A stretch of DNA of 64,000 nt from an uncultured Gammaproteobacteria bacterium (GTDB lineage Bacteria; Pseudomonadota; Gammaproteobacteria; UBA9214), in NCBI GenBank assembly GCA_963748215.1, contig CAVVHS010000007.1:384001-448000 (forward strand). The letters run 5' to 3'. The notes beneath the pieces were generated by a model. The model worked only from the letters and a program-made list of their open reading frames with translations. It was not told the DNA's origin and did not search any database. Position 1 is the first letter of the stretch, and the number at the start of each line of letters is the position of its first letter. Both the position numbers and the translations under genes were made by a program. Of this stretch, positions 45,863-56,686 are shown piece after piece.

Positions 45863-46015
45863 CCATGAGATGCGCTCCTGCCTCAACAGGCGGTGCACGG
45901 GCGTTCACGGTGCGTAAAACGCACCCTACGCCTGCATTTGTTATTTTTCCGTGTTCTTCCGTGGATTCCGTGGCCATTATCCTCTCGCAGACCGCGACGA
46001 ATACGCTTCCTACCC
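45863..46015. repeat. REP-like mosaic
   Basis: CATGAGATGCGCTCCTGC, GGTGCGTAAAACGCACCCTAC and TTCCGTGTTCTTCCGTGGATTCCGTGGCCATTATC. Confidence 0.7.
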
Positions 46016-46285
46016 CCATGGACGCTGACAGGGTGGCAGCGCTGGCGAGCTTCGTGACCTTTGCCGCGGGGCTCGACTGCGTCCGGAACATAACCGTTCC
46101 GGTACGCAAGCACTCTTCGTTCAATATATGAGAAGTATTATATAAGTATACTGAATATTAATATTATAAATTTGTCGGGCATGTGCGCGATGCGCGTCTG
46201 GCATGTGCGGCGCATTCCCTCTAATATGGGGGCGTCCCGGGACACGCGTTCGCCTGCATTCCCGGTAACCGGACAGGAACATACA

Positions 46286-47072
46286 ATGACCTATTGCGTG
46301 GCAATTGCAACCGAAGATGGCCTGGTATTCTGCTCGGACTCGCGCACCAGCGCCGGTCCCGATATGCTCTCGTCCTACAGCAAGATGCACGTGTTCAGCG
46401 CCGGCGCCGGACCGGCTGTTCGTGCTGCTGACGGCGGGAAACCTCGCCACCACGCAGGCCATCGTCAGCCGCATCGAACACGAACTGAACGAGCCCGACA
46501 TGGCCAACCTGCGCAACTGCAAACGAATGGTCGATGCCGCCAAGTACGTCGGCATGGTGAGCCGGCAGGAACAGACGGATGCGCAGTCCTCCACGGCCAA
46601 AACCGGTGTCGATACCTCGGCCTCGCTGCTGCTGGGCGGCCAGATTCGCGGTGGCGAGATGGCCATCTTTTTGATCTACCCGGCCGGCAATTTCATCACC
46701 GACTCGGACGAGAACCCGTTCCTGCAGATCGGTGAAAGCAAGTACGGCAAGCCGATCCTGGACCGCATCCTGACCCGCAAGACCTCGCTGGAAGATGCCG
46801 CGCGCTGCGCCGTCGTGTCCATGGACTCCACAATCCGTTCCAATGCGACGGTGGGACCGCCGATCGAGCTGCTGGTATACGAGGACAATACCTTCGAAAG
46901 CGATCATTACCTGCGCTTCGAAGAGGATGACGATTACCTCCGTGCCGTCCGCCAGAGCTGGAATGAATCGCTCAAGGAGGCATTTTCCGGGTTGCCGCTG
47001 CTGGATTGGGAACAGCGCACCACGCATGCCAACGTCCTGCCGCTGCCACAGGAGACCAAGCGCAAGCGTTGA
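46286..47072 (+). CDS. Proteasome-type Ntn protease (Anbu), frameshift ~46400
   Basis: MTYCVAI..GLVFCSDSRTSAG (catalytic Thr) in one frame; LTAGNLATTQ, IYPAGNFI, QIGESKYGKPILDR and SMDSTIRSNATVGPP in the next. Confidence 0.88.
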
Positions 47073-47219
47073 CCGGTTTTCTTCCCGGAGTTGCCGTGGC
47101 CATGCCCGCAGCGGCCAGGCCTCGGCAACCGCTCCTGCATCAATCAGACACACCCGCAATGGTGCGGTTGATGCGGTTCGCGAAGCTCACCGCATCCTGC
47201 GGACTGCAATCATCGGTTA

Positions 47220-47665
47220 TTCCGTGTCCTTCCGTGTAGTTCCGTGGCCATTATCATCGCGCATGAGATGCGCTCCTACATCCAATAGACGGTGTAGGGC
47301 GGCACCCGTCGCACGGTTGCCGGTGCGTAAAACGCACCCTACGCCTGCATTTATTTTTCCGTGTCCTTCCGTGTGGTTCCGTGGCCATTATCATCGCGCA
47401 TGAGATGCGCTCCTACATCAATAGACGGTGTAGGGCGGCACCCGCCGCATGGTTGCCGGTGCGTAAAACGCACCCTACGCCTGCATTTATTTTTCCGTGT
47501 CCTTCCGTGTGGTTCCGTGGCCATTATCATCGCGCATGAGATGCGCTCCTACATCAATAGACGGTGTAGGGTGCACCCGCCGCAGGGTTGCCGGTGCGTA
47601 AAACGCACCCTACGCCTGCATTTATTTTTCCGTGTCCTTCCGTGGATTCCGTGGCCATTATCATT
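47220..47665. repeat. ~136-bp tandem array of composite REP units (3 units plus a partial; BIME-like)
   Basis: Units start at ~47220, 47357, 47493 and 47628. Each is a TTCCGTG triplet + TCGCGCATGAGATGCGCTCCTAC + GTAGGG..CACCC + GGTGCGTAAAACGCACCCTAC. Confidence 0.88.
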
Positions 47666-47744
47666 TGCAGGAGCGGATCGCGTCCGCGATCATTTTATGG
47701 CCGTAAAATTTTCGCGTGCCGGGAGCGGCATGCGCGGCAATGCT

Positions 47745-48680
47745 TTATTTGCCGGCCTCGGGATCGAACCAGGTGTGGTTGATGGCGTTGTGTATGTCGT
47801 CCAGCATGAGCTGCATGTCATCGATGAAGGTGTGCAGCGTGGCGTTTTTGAGCATGGCCGGGTCGGCCTCGTCCAGCGCCTGTTTGACGCTGGCGATGGC
47901 CGCGAGCGGTTCCTTGTTGCGTGGCAGCAGGCCGAGACTGGTGTCTATCTCGTTGAGCGTGTGCGCCAGCGCGCGCGGAAATATCTTGCTGTCGAGCAGG
48001 AAATGCAGCACATCCTCCGGGTTGACATTGCGGCGCACGCTGAGCCGGTACATCTGGTAGGCGCTGAGCGACTTGAGCACGCTGACCCACAGCACATTGC
48101 GATAGGGCAGTATTTCCTCCCTGTCGCCCATCAGCCGGGCCGAGGCGGTATCGATGATGCGCGTACTCATGTCGGCGCGCTCCAGGTTGCGGCCGATACG
48201 GATGAACTGGTAGGCGGCGTCGTTGTTCATGCTGCCGGCCAGCATGCCCGTGATCTGCTGACAGCGCTGCACGATGTCATTCAGCACCTTGTGTCGGATA
48301 CTCCCCGGCAGCCCGCGCGTGCCGCGCTGGGCAACGCTCAGGTAGAGGCTGTTGATGCGTTCCCAGGTTTCGGTCGGCAGGACCTCGCGCGTGGTGCGGA
48401 TATTTTCACGCGCCGCCGCGAGTGAGCTGAGCAGGGAGCTTGGGTTGTCACGGCTGCCGAACAGGAAGGCGATGATGTTTTTTTCCGTGGGCTTCATGCC
48501 CAGTGTATCGAATGCCACCCGCGCACCCAGTACCTCGATCATCAGGTCCCAGCCGGGCCTGATGGATGCCGGAAGGTCGAGCACCATGTGATGCTGGACC
48601 AGCATCAGGCGTGCCGTGTTTTCGGTGCGCTCGATCTGGCGCGCCATCCAGTACAGCCGTTTGGCGACACGCGACAGCAT
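47745..48680 (-). CDS. Alpha-E domain protein (DUF403)
   Basis: MLSRVAKRLYWMARQIERTENTAR, ARENIR, GRNLERADMSTRI and FPRAL. Confidence 0.9.
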   Translation of the reverse strand: MLSRVAKRLYWMARQIERTENTARLMLVQHHMVLDLPASIRPGWDLMIEVLGARVAFDTLGMKPTEKNIIAFLFGSRDNPSSLLSSLAAARENIRTTREVLPTETWERINSLYLSVAQRGTRGLPGSIRHKVLNDIVQRCQQITGMLAGSMNNDAAYQFIRIGRNLERADMSTRIIDTASARLMGDREEILPYRNVLWVSVLKSLSAYQMYRLSVRRNVNPEDVLHFLLDSKIFPRALAHTLNEIDTSLGLLPRNKEPLAAIASVKQALDEADPAMLKNATLHTFIDDMQLMLDDIHNAINHTWFDPEAGK

Positions 48681-50152
48681 TATTTCGCCTCCGTATCGAC
48701 GACCCAGGTGTCCTTGCTGCCGCCGCCCTGGGAGGAGTTCACTACCAGCGAACCCTTGCGCAGGGCGACCCGGGTCAGGCCGCCGGCGGTGACGTAATGG
48801 TGCTTGCCCTGCAGGATGAAGGGCCGCAGGTCGAGGTGGCGCGGTTCGATACGGCCGTTGCACAGGGTCGGCGCGGTGGACAGGTTGAGCGCCGGCTGTG
48901 CCATGTAGTTGCGCGGGTTTTTCTCGATGAGTTCGGCAAATTTCGCGCGCTCCGCCTTGGTCGCGACCGGGCCGACCAGCATGCCGTAGCCGCCGGATTC
49001 GTTGGCCGGCTTGACCACCATCTTGTCGAGGTTGGCCAGCACGTGCTTGCGCTGTTTCTCGTCAACGCACAGGAAGGACGGCACGTTGGGTATGATCGGG
49101 TCTTCGTCGAGGTAGTACTTGATGATGGCCGGCACGAAGGTGTAGACCACCTTGTCGTCGGCGACACCGGCACCCGGTGCGTTCGCCAGGCCGACCTTGC
49201 CGGCGCGCCAGGCGCGCATCAGGCCGGGCGTGCCCAGGCAGGAATCGGGCCGGAACGCCTCCGGGTCGATGAAGTCGTCGTTGACGCGGCGGTAGATGAC
49301 GTCGACCCGTTCCAGACCCTTGATGGTCTTCATGTACACGCAGTCATCATCACCAACCACCAGGTCAGATCCCATCACCAGTTCCGCGCCCATGCGCTGC
49401 GCCAGGTAGGAATGCTCGAAATAGGCGGAGTTATAGATGCCCGGTGTCATGACCACGACCTCGGGACTGCGCGAATGGCGCGGCGACAGCGAGGTGAGCA
49501 TGTCGAACAGCTGCGACGGGTAGTCGTCTACCGGCAGGATGCTGTGCTTGCGGAACAGCTGCGGCAGCACGCGCTTGGTGACGGCGCGGTTCTCCAGCAT
49601 GTAGGACACGCCGGACGGCACGCGCAGGTTGTCTTCCAGCACGTACACGGTGCCGTCGCTGTCGCGTACCAGGTCGGAGCCGCAGATATGCGCCCATACG
49701 CCATACTTCGGCTTGGCGTCGACGCACTGCTTGAAGAAATCCTTCGAGCTATTGATGATCTCCGCGGGAAAGACCTTGTCCTTGATGATGCGCTGCCTGT
49801 GATAGACATCATCGATGAACATGTTGAGCGCCGTCAGGCGCTGGACCAGGCCGGCCTCCAGGCGCCGCCACTCCGTAATGGGGATGACACGCGGAATGAT
49901 GTCCATGGGCCAGGAACGGTCGATGTTCTCGCCCTCGCTGTAGACGGTGAAGCTGATGCCCATTTCCTTGATGGCCAGGTCGGCCGCCTGCTGGCGGTTC
50001 TGCAGGTGTTTTTCGGTCAGGGTCTGCAGGTAGGAAACGATGCCGCGCGCAACGGCGCGGGCATGGCCCGGCGAACTGATCAGTTCGTCGTAAAATTTAC
50101 CTGGATCGTACTGCTTCCAGTCGATTGCCTCTTTGCGGACAACGCGGGTCAT
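48680..50152 (-). CDS. Circularly permuted type 2 ATP-grasp protein
   Basis: DIIPRVI, VLEDNLRVPSGVSYMLENR, NSAYFEH, VIYRRVND, GVADDK, DLRPF and VVNSSQGGGSKDTWV. Confidence 0.92.
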   Translation of the reverse strand: MTRVVRKEAIDWKQYDPGKFYDELISSPGHARAVARGIVSYLQTLTEKHLQNRQQAADLAIKEMGISFTVYSEGENIDRSWPMDIIPRVIPITEWRRLEAGLVQRLTALNMFIDDVYHRQRIIKDKVFPAEIINSSKDFFKQCVDAKPKYGVWAHICGSDLVRDSDGTVYVLEDNLRVPSGVSYMLENRAVTKRVLPQLFRKHSILPVDDYPSQLFDMLTSLSPRHSRSPEVVVMTPGIYNSAYFEHSYLAQRMGAELVMGSDLVVGDDDCVYMKTIKGLERVDVIYRRVNDDFIDPEAFRPDSCLGTPGLMRAWRAGKVGLANAPGAGVADDKVVYTFVPAIIKYYLDEDPIIPNVPSFLCVDEKQRKHVLANLDKMVVKPANESGGYGMLVGPVATKAERAKFAELIEKNPRNYMAQPALNLSTAPTLCNGRIEPRHLDLRPFILQGKHHYVTAGGLTRVALRKGSLVVNSSQGGGSKDTWVVDTEAK

Positions 50153-50239
50153 GTTGCCTGTATTCCTGTTCCGGTCATGGGTCACCGAGTGAGTAAGCAG
50201 CTTGTGTCAGTTACCTGTCTGCATCCTGCTCCAGACTGA

Positions 50240-50255
50240 AGCAAGACGCATGCCA
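50240..50255 (-). promoter_or_regulatory. Sigma54 (-24/-12) promoter
   Basis: Minus strand reads TGGCATGCGTCTTGCT: GG-N10-GC with TTGC, ~90 bp upstream of the ATP-grasp start. Confidence 0.7.
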
Positions 50256-50387
50256 TTATGGGGTATATGGCTAACTGCCCGCAATGGTTATCTATTTACC
50301 GGGATAAAATTTCGCGATGGGTCAAGCCGTGGGCGATTCTGGTGCTGGGCGATCCCGTCTGGCGCGTGACAGGTGTAAAGTACCGGC

Positions 50388-52337
50388 ATGAAAGCTGTGT
50401 TGCGCAACGCGACCCGATACGGTGTCGGGGGGATGGTCATACTGCTGTGCTGCGCCGCCGCGTTGTCGTCGGGTGCGGACGAACAACGGACGGGCGGCTG
50501 GCGGCTGGCGAAGGAGTCGAGCCCCTACCTGCAGTTGCACGCGGACAATCCGGTGGCGTGGTACCCGTGGGGCGCGGCAGCGCTGGAGCGGGCGCGTGCG
50601 GAGAACAAGCCGCTGTTCATCTCGATCGGGTATTTCACCTGCCACTGGTGTCACGTGATGGCGCGCGAGTCGTTCAGCGACCCGGCCATCGCGGCCTTGC
50701 TCAACGAACACTTTATCGCCATCAAGATAGACCGCGAGCAGCGTCCTGACCTTGACGATGCCTACATGGAATATGTGACAGTGACCAGCGGGCAGGGCGG
50801 CTGGCCGATGTCGGTGTGGGCGACGCCGCAGGGCGAACCGTTTTTCGGCGGCACCTATTTCCCGCCGCGGGCGTCGCTGGGCCGCAGCGGTTTCCTGGAG
50901 CTGCTGGAGCGGATCGATGCCGCCTGGCGCGAGGACGAGGCAGGGGTGCGCGCGATAGCGCAACATGCGGTGGCGACGCTGCGTGAGCGCGGCCGCTCCG
51001 CGGCGCCCGTGCCACGCCTGACGGACAAGCCGCTGCAAGCTGCACGGCGCGAGTATGCCGCCCGCTACGACGCGCTGCAGGGTGGTTTTAGCCCGGCGCC
51101 GAAGTTTCCGCAACCGGCGCGGCTGCTGTTTCTGCTGGAAGACAGCGACCCGGCCAGCGCGCCCATGGCGCTGGCCACGCTCGACCACATGCTGGCAGGT
51201 GGCATCTATGACCGGCTGGACGGCGGTTTTCACCGCTACTCGACCGACTACGAATGGCGCATACCGCATTTCGAGAAAATGCTCTACGACCAGGCGCTGA
51301 TGGCGCGTGTCTGCCTTAACGCCTGGCGCAACACCGCTAAGACGCGTTATGCCGACTGCGTGCGCGGCGTTCTCGACTTCACCCTGAACGGCATGCGCGA
51401 TCCCCGCGGCGGTTTTTATGCGGCGCTCTCCGCGGACAGCCTCGTGGCGGACAGCCCGGACAGCCATGCCGAGGAGGGCGCCTACTACACCTGGGACTGG
51501 CCGCAACTGGCCGCGGCACTGCCGGACAAGGTATTGCGCGAGTGGGCGGTGCTGCGCTACGGGCTGGAGGAGTCGGGCAATGCCCTGAGCGACCCGCTGG
51601 GTGATATGGCCGGGCGCAATGTGTTGCTGCTGGTGCTGGACGACGATGCGCTGGCCAAACGGTTTGCGCTCGACCCGAAGACCGTACGGCAACGCAATGC
51701 GCGGATCGAGGACGGCCTGCGCGCGGCGCGGCATGCACGGCCGCCGGTGCCGGTCGACGACAAGATCGTCACGGCCTGGAACGGATACCAGATCGTCACG
51801 CTGGCACTGGCCGGCCTGCTGCTGGAGGAGCCACGCTACAGCGATGCCGCACGGCAGGCGGCACAATTCCTCCTGGACGAGTTGTTCGATGCCGGGCGCG
51901 GCGTGCTGTACCGTGACTGGCGCGACGGCGTGCGTGGCGTGCCGGGTTTCCAGGAAGACTACGCGGCGCTGGCGCAGGGACTGCTGACACTGTACCGGAC
52001 CAGCGGGGAACGGCGCTGGCTGAACAGTGCGCGGCGCCTGGTGGACATCATGCGCGAGCGTTTCGAGGACAGGACACACGGCGGTTTCTTCAGTACCGGT
52101 GCCGATACGGAACTCTGGTTGCGTGACAAGCCGGCGGATGACGGCGCCGCGCTGTCCGGTAACGGTATTGCCGTGCATGTGCTGCTGGAACTGGGCCGGT
52201 TGACCGATAACCAGGCTTACCTCGACAGCGCCAGGCGTGTTGCGGCCTGGGCCGCCGCGCAGCTGGACGATTACCCGGCGGCCATGCCGCAGATCCTGCA
52301 GGCCTGGCCGCTGCTGATGGCCATCAAGACGCCATAG
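50388..52337 (+). CDS. Thioredoxin-domain protein, YyaL/DUF255 (SPATA20-like), with possible signal peptide
   Basis: [50 protein letters not shown] and [11 protein letters not shown]. Confidence 0.9.
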   Translation: MKAVLRNATRYGVGGMVILLCCAAALSSGADEQRTGGWRLAKESSPYLQLHADNPVAWYPWGAAALERARAENKPLFISIGYFTCHWCHVMARESFSDPAIAALLNEHFIAIKIDREQRPDLDDAYMEYVTVTSGQGGWPMSVWATPQGEPFFGGTYFPPRASLGRSGFLELLERIDAAWREDEAGVRAIAQHAVATLRERGRSAAPVPRLTDKPLQAARREYAARYDALQGGFSPAPKFPQPARLLFLLEDSDPASAPMALATLDHMLAGGIYDRLDGGFHRYSTDYEWRIPHFEKMLYDQALMARVCLNAWRNTAKTRYADCVRGVLDFTLNGMRDPRGGFYAALSADSLVADSPDSHAEEGAYYTWDWPQLAAALPDKVLREWAVLRYGLEESGNALSDPLGDMAGRNVLLLVLDDDALAKRFALDPKTVRQRNARIEDGLRAARHARPPVPVDDKIVTAWNGYQIVTLALAGLLLEEPRYSDAARQAAQFLLDELFDAGRGVLYRDWRDGVRGVPGFQEDYAALAQGLLTLYRTSGERRWLNSARRLVDIMRERFEDRTHGGFFSTGADTELWLRDKPADDGAALSGNGIAVHVLLELGRLTDNQAYLDSARRVAAWAAAQLDDYPAAMPQILQAWPLLMAIKTP

Positions 52338-52529
52338 GCGGTCAGGCCGCGGGGAAGGGATTTGCTCCCGCGCAGTCCCGGAAGGGGGTGAACCGGTTGT
52401 CTGCCGGCAGGCGCCGGGCATTACACCGCAACCCCGTGACCGGTTTCCCGACAGTCACCGGCAGGCATGCACCGCCCGGGTGCAGTGCCGCTGCTGTGCG
52501 TGACAGCACTGCGACACGAGCGTTTGACA

Positions 52530-54686
52530 ATGCAGCGAAACTCGAAAACACTCCACGCCGTGGATTCCGACGACGACAGTTTTGATGCAGCAATCCGCGC
52601 CCACGATGCAGCAGTGGAGGCCAGCGACCTCGATGTCTGGATAGGTGCCGAGCCGACCTTTACCAACCGCCTCTCCGAGTCGCCGGAATGGCTGACCGAC
52701 GCCCTTGGCGCAAGCAAGCTGGGCTACGCCTGCCACATTATCGAACAGCTCCGCGATAGCTATCCCGGCTCGATCATACTGCGCACCCTGGGACGCCAGT
52801 ATCCCGGGGAAGAGCGACCCCGCTGGAGCCTGGGCCTGTACCAGCGCCGTGACGGTCGCGCGCTGGCCGATGACCTGCCGGCTGATCCGCTGGGGATGGC
52901 GTGTTCCTGCGAAGCGGGACGCCTGACGGCGTTCTGGCAGGCCCTGGCCGCGGCCCTCGGCCGGGATGGCTGGGATGCAGCGGGTTTTCGGGTCGATGGG
53001 GAGATGGGTCTGCGCGTGGTGTTCCGCTGCGACAGGCAGCAGTCGCTGGCCGATCCGGCCACGGATGCGCGCCTCGGGCGGGCGTCACTGCATACGCAGG
53101 CCGTACCGACGGATGGCCTGGCGGATGACCTTGCCGGCGAGGGACTGTATCTGGTCGCGGTTGGCTGCGTGGCCACGGGTCCGGATGACAGCCAGCAGCC
53201 CTGCATCGAGTTGCCGGCGTTTGCGAAGGTCGCGTTGTTCATGGCTTTCATACAGCGTGTCGCGCAGGCGGCGCGTGAGGCGGGACTGACTGCGCTGGTG
53301 TGGCGCGGATTCCCGCCGCCGGTGGACAGGACCGTCGCCTGGACTACACTGACACCGGATCCGGCAGTACTTGAAATCAATGAAGCGCCCGCGTCCTCTG
53401 TTGCCGAGTTTCTGGAGCGGAGCCGCCGGCTGTACGCCCTGGTGGAGGCGCAGGGCCTGGCACCTTACCGGTTGCAATACGACGGCACCGTGTCGGACAG
53501 CGGTGGCGGCGGTCAATTCACACTCGGTGGGCCCACACCGGCGCACAGCCCGTTTTTCGTGGCACCCCGGCTGATGAGTCGCATGGTCGTCTATTTCAAT
53601 CGTCATCCGGCGCTGTCCTACTGGTTTGCACCGCTTTATGTCGGCAGCTTCAGCCAGTCGCCACGCGCGGACGAGAACGTGCTCGAATCGTTCAGCGAAC
53701 TGCAGGTGGCGTTGCAGCATCTGGACGCCACACCCGAACCGGAGCCCGAATACATCTGGCGCAGTCTCAGTCCGTTTCTGGTCGATACCTCGGGCAATGC
53801 CCACCGCAGCGAACTCAACATCGAAAAACTCTGGAATCCCTTACTGCCCGGACGCGGCTGTCTCGGACTGGTCGAGTTGCGTGCGTTTCGCATGGCCATC
53901 GATGCGGAAAGCGCGGCTGCCATTGCCGCCATGCTGCGTGCGCTGGCGGCGATGCTGAGTCGCCAGGCGAGCAGCCGGCAGCTGATCGAGTGGGGCAGCC
54001 GCCTGCACGACCGTTTTGCACTGCCGTTCTACCTGCGCCAGGATCTGGGTGCGGTATTCAGTGACCTGACCGCGGCCGGACTGGGACTTGGTGCACCTGT
54101 CATCGAGCGTCTGCTTGCCGATCACTGGCGGCATATCGGTGATGCCGAGTGCGCCGGTTGCCGGCTCGATGTCGACCAGGCCATCGAATTCTGGCCGCTG
54201 CTGGGCGATGCCGCCACGCAATCGGGCGGTTCGCGCCTGGTGGATGCCAGCACGACACGCCTGCAGATCATGCTGCGGCCCGCGTCCGGTCATGCAGCGG
54301 ATCTCGATGGCTGGCAGCTGCTGGCGGGCCGCTACCGGGTGCCGTTGCGCCGTGACCAGGACGCCTTCGGGGCGGTGCTCATCATGGGCCTGCGTTACCG
54401 TGCCTTTGTACCCTGGGCAGGCCTGCATCCGGGACTCGGTGCGCAGGGGCCGATCGTGCTCACGCTCCTGCCGCCCGGGGGTGAGCGCGGGCTGCGCATC
54501 ACACTGCACGTCTGGCAACCTCAGGGGGAGGCCTATGCGGGTCTGCCTGGATCACTCGACGACGCGCGCAGGCGCATACGCGAGCGGTTCGCCGTGGAGG
54601 TGATCACGGCGGACAGCGCGCCCGAAGGCATCGCGCCGCCGGCCGAAGCGATGTCGGACTACTGTTTCGACCTGCGGCGCACCTGA
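52530..54686 (+). CDS. Stand-alone DUF2126-type putative amidoligase (no transglutaminase domain)
   Basis: [60 protein letters not shown] and LHDRFALP, colinear with the C-terminal part of the 60158-63544 protein. Confidence 0.82.
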   Translation: MQRNSKTLHAVDSDDDSFDAAIRAHDAAVEASDLDVWIGAEPTFTNRLSESPEWLTDALGASKLGYACHIIEQLRDSYPGSIILRTLGRQYPGEERPRWSLGLYQRRDGRALADDLPADPLGMACSCEAGRLTAFWQALAAALGRDGWDAAGFRVDGEMGLRVVFRCDRQQSLADPATDARLGRASLHTQAVPTDGLADDLAGEGLYLVAVGCVATGPDDSQQPCIELPAFAKVALFMAFIQRVAQAAREAGLTALVWRGFPPPVDRTVAWTTLTPDPAVLEINEAPASSVAEFLERSRRLYALVEAQGLAPYRLQYDGTVSDSGGGGQFTLGGPTPAHSPFFVAPRLMSRMVVYFNRHPALSYWFAPLYVGSFSQSPRADENVLESFSELQVALQHLDATPEPEPEYIWRSLSPFLVDTSGNAHRSELNIEKLWNPLLPGRGCLGLVELRAFRMAIDAESAAAIAAMLRALAAMLSRQASSRQLIEWGSRLHDRFALPFYLRQDLGAVFSDLTAAGLGLGAPVIERLLADHWRHIGDAECAGCRLDVDQAIEFWPLLGDAATQSGGSRLVDASTTRLQIMLRPASGHAADLDGWQLLAGRYRVPLRRDQDAFGAVLIMGLRYRAFVPWAGLHPGLGAQGPIVLTLLPPGGERGLRITLHVWQPQGEAYAGLPGSLDDARRRIRERFAVEVITADSAPEGIAPPAEAMSDYCFDLRRT

Positions 54687-54891
54687 GGACAGACGTCGCG
54701 CCCGGTCGGATGTGCCCCGCAGCAGATAGACTTCAGCGTGAAAATGCGCCGCATACATTTCTGCCTGATCAAGCCCGAATACCCTGACCGAAAAATGTAT
54801 CCGGCCTTTTTTCAATTTCCCGATCCGGGCGGTTTCGCGTACAGTGTGCAGGCTCTGAATACCCGATCCCATTACTTACGGAGATGAACTC

Positions 54892-55359
54892 ATGTCGACT
54901 GATACAATCAAATCGAGAAAATCCGGTGCACTGGTGTTGATTCCCGCACTGGCCCTGATGCTGCTGGGTGCCGGCTGCTCGGATAAGGAAACCACGTCCT
55001 CCCAGCAAGTTACACCGGCGGAGGCACCCGCCCCGCAGACTGCGAAACCGGAAGCAATGCCGCCTGTCAAGGCACCCGAACCTGCCGCCGAGGCGCCGGC
55101 CGGGACCGGGATGGCCGCTGCGGGCGGGGAGAAGATCTATCAGTCAAGCTGCCATGCCTGCCACGCGGCCGGTGTTGCGGGTGCGCCGAAACTGGGTGAT
55201 AAAGCGGCCTGGGCACCGCGAATTGCGAAGGGAAATGATGCCCTGCTGTCTTCGGTCAAGAACGGTCTCAACGCCATGCCCCCGAAAGGTGCCTGCATGA
55301 GTTGCAGTGATGACGATCTGCGTTCAGCCGTAGACTACATGGTCGGGCAGGGCTCCTGA
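54892..55359 (+). CDS. Cytochrome c5 family lipoprotein
   Basis: Lipobox LGAGC, Pro/Ala linker, CHACH heme motif, GAPKLGDKAAWAPR and NAMPPKGACMSCSDD. Confidence 0.9.
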   Translation: MSTDTIKSRKSGALVLIPALALMLLGAGCSDKETTSSQQVTPAEAPAPQTAKPEAMPPVKAPEPAAEAPAGTGMAAAGGEKIYQSSCHACHAAGVAGAPKLGDKAAWAPRIAKGNDALLSSVKNGLNAMPPKGACMSCSDDDLRSAVDYMVGQGS

Positions 55360-55365
55360 CGGTCT

Positions 55366-55434
55366 AAAGGGGCCGGATACTTTTTCGTATAAGGATATAC
55401 CTCGGCCGAAAAATGTATCCGCCCCGTTTTTTTT
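55366..55434. repeat. Inverted repeat between convergent genes (REP-like, possible terminator)
   Basis: AAAGGGGCCGGATACTTTTTCG ... CGAAAAATGTATCCGCCCCGTTTT. Another copy lies at 54788-54812. Confidence 0.55.
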
Positions 55435-55471
55435 CTTTGCCCTGCCGGGCGTGTCCTGCCGGCAGCCTACC

Positions 55472-56656
55472 TCAGACCCGGTACGGTGCAAGCCGATCGA
55501 CCAGGTATCCGGCGATCTGTTGCAGCAAGGAAGCGCCGCTACCGGGGCGGTCGACGTCCTGGTCCAGCACATAACCGGCATCAAATTCGCGGTGTGCCCT
55601 GACGATCCCGTGCACGAATGCGAGTTTCCGCACCGCCGGATCGGGCAGTGTAAACGGGTACAGGTCCGGAAGCCCCATGCTTCGGTTGAGGCTGTTCAGG
55701 GCATGCGTCAGCGGTATCCAGTGACTGATGATGGTGTCGAAATCCTCGATACGATAGGCATTGAAGCGGGGGTCGGCATGGTGAATGGTGCCGTCCGGCA
55801 GCTCGCGTCTGACCTGCACGCCGTAGTGCCCGGCAGTTTCCAGTGTGTCAATGATATGCAGGTAGTGCGCCCAGGACTCGGCCCAGTCCTCCCATGGGTG
55901 TGAGCTGGCGTAGCGGGAGATATAGCGGCTCTGCCAGTCCCCCGGTGCGCCGGCCTGGTAATGGTTGTCGAGGGCCTGCGGATAGTTGATCCGTTCGTCA
56001 CCGAACAGCTCGCGGAAGGGGGCCAGCGAAGGCGTGTTCCGGATCAGTCGATTCCAGTAATAGTGTCCGCTTTCATGTCTGAAGTGCCCCAGCAGCGTCC
56101 GGTATTTTTCGTTCAGGTCGACGCGGGACCGTTCGCGCAGGGCCGGATCCGCCTCATCGAGGCTGATGATGATATGGCCGTTATCATGCCCGGTGATCAC
56201 GTGTGACCCGGGCGGTGAATCGATATCGGACATAAAGGAAAAGGCCAGTCCCCGTGCGGGGTCTTCCGCACTGGTGTGCAGGGGCAACCCGAGTTTCAGC
56301 AGGCTGTAGATCAGGCGCCGCTTGCTGCGCTCCAGTCGATACCAGCGTTCCGCGAAGCCGGGCCGGGAAAGATTGGGGATGGTCTGGTTGAACTTGCAGG
56401 CGATACAGACACGCTGGCCGGAGTCGACCGGGACCATCCAGTTGCAGACGTTGTGAACCGCGTAGTTTTCGCACTTGCGGTAGCGGTTACCCGCCGCCAT
56501 GTCGGTGAGTGCCTTCCAGGTCCCGTCCGTAGCGGGTTCCAGCGCCGACACGCGCAGAATCTGCGGCAGCACGCCGAGTGCGTGGTTGCAGCGGGTGCAA
56601 ACGCTATTGTCGAAATAGACCGGATTTTTACAGTGTTCGCAGTGAAAGGTTCGCAT
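55472..56656 (-). CDS. Putative zinc-binding metallopeptidase with N-terminal zinc ribbon (DUF2248/Peptidase_Mx)
   Basis: FHCEHC..CTRC, CNW..CIAC, RTLLGHFRHESGHYYW and HPWEDWAESWAHYLH. Confidence 0.88.
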   Translation of the reverse strand: MRTFHCEHCKNPVYFDNSVCTRCNHALGVLPQILRVSALEPATDGTWKALTDMAAGNRYRKCENYAVHNVCNWMVPVDSGQRVCIACKFNQTIPNLSRPGFAERWYRLERSKRRLIYSLLKLGLPLHTSAEDPARGLAFSFMSDIDSPPGSHVITGHDNGHIIISLDEADPALRERSRVDLNEKYRTLLGHFRHESGHYYWNRLIRNTPSLAPFRELFGDERINYPQALDNHYQAGAPGDWQSRYISRYASSHPWEDWAESWAHYLHIIDTLETAGHYGVQVRRELPDGTIHHADPRFNAYRIEDFDTIISHWIPLTHALNSLNRSMGLPDLYPFTLPDPAVRKLAFVHGIVRAHREFDAGYVLDQDVDRPGSGASLLQQIAGYLVDRLAPYRV

Positions 56657-56686
56657 CTGTCGACCGCTGTTTCCAGGGGGAGGATT

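Noticed and set aside
47006-47782. Short ORFs over the repeat arrays (also 30176-30472, 34226-34435, 45711-46131)
   Set aside because: They are translations of REP-like repeats, with recurring RKTHPT and FRVLPW peptides.
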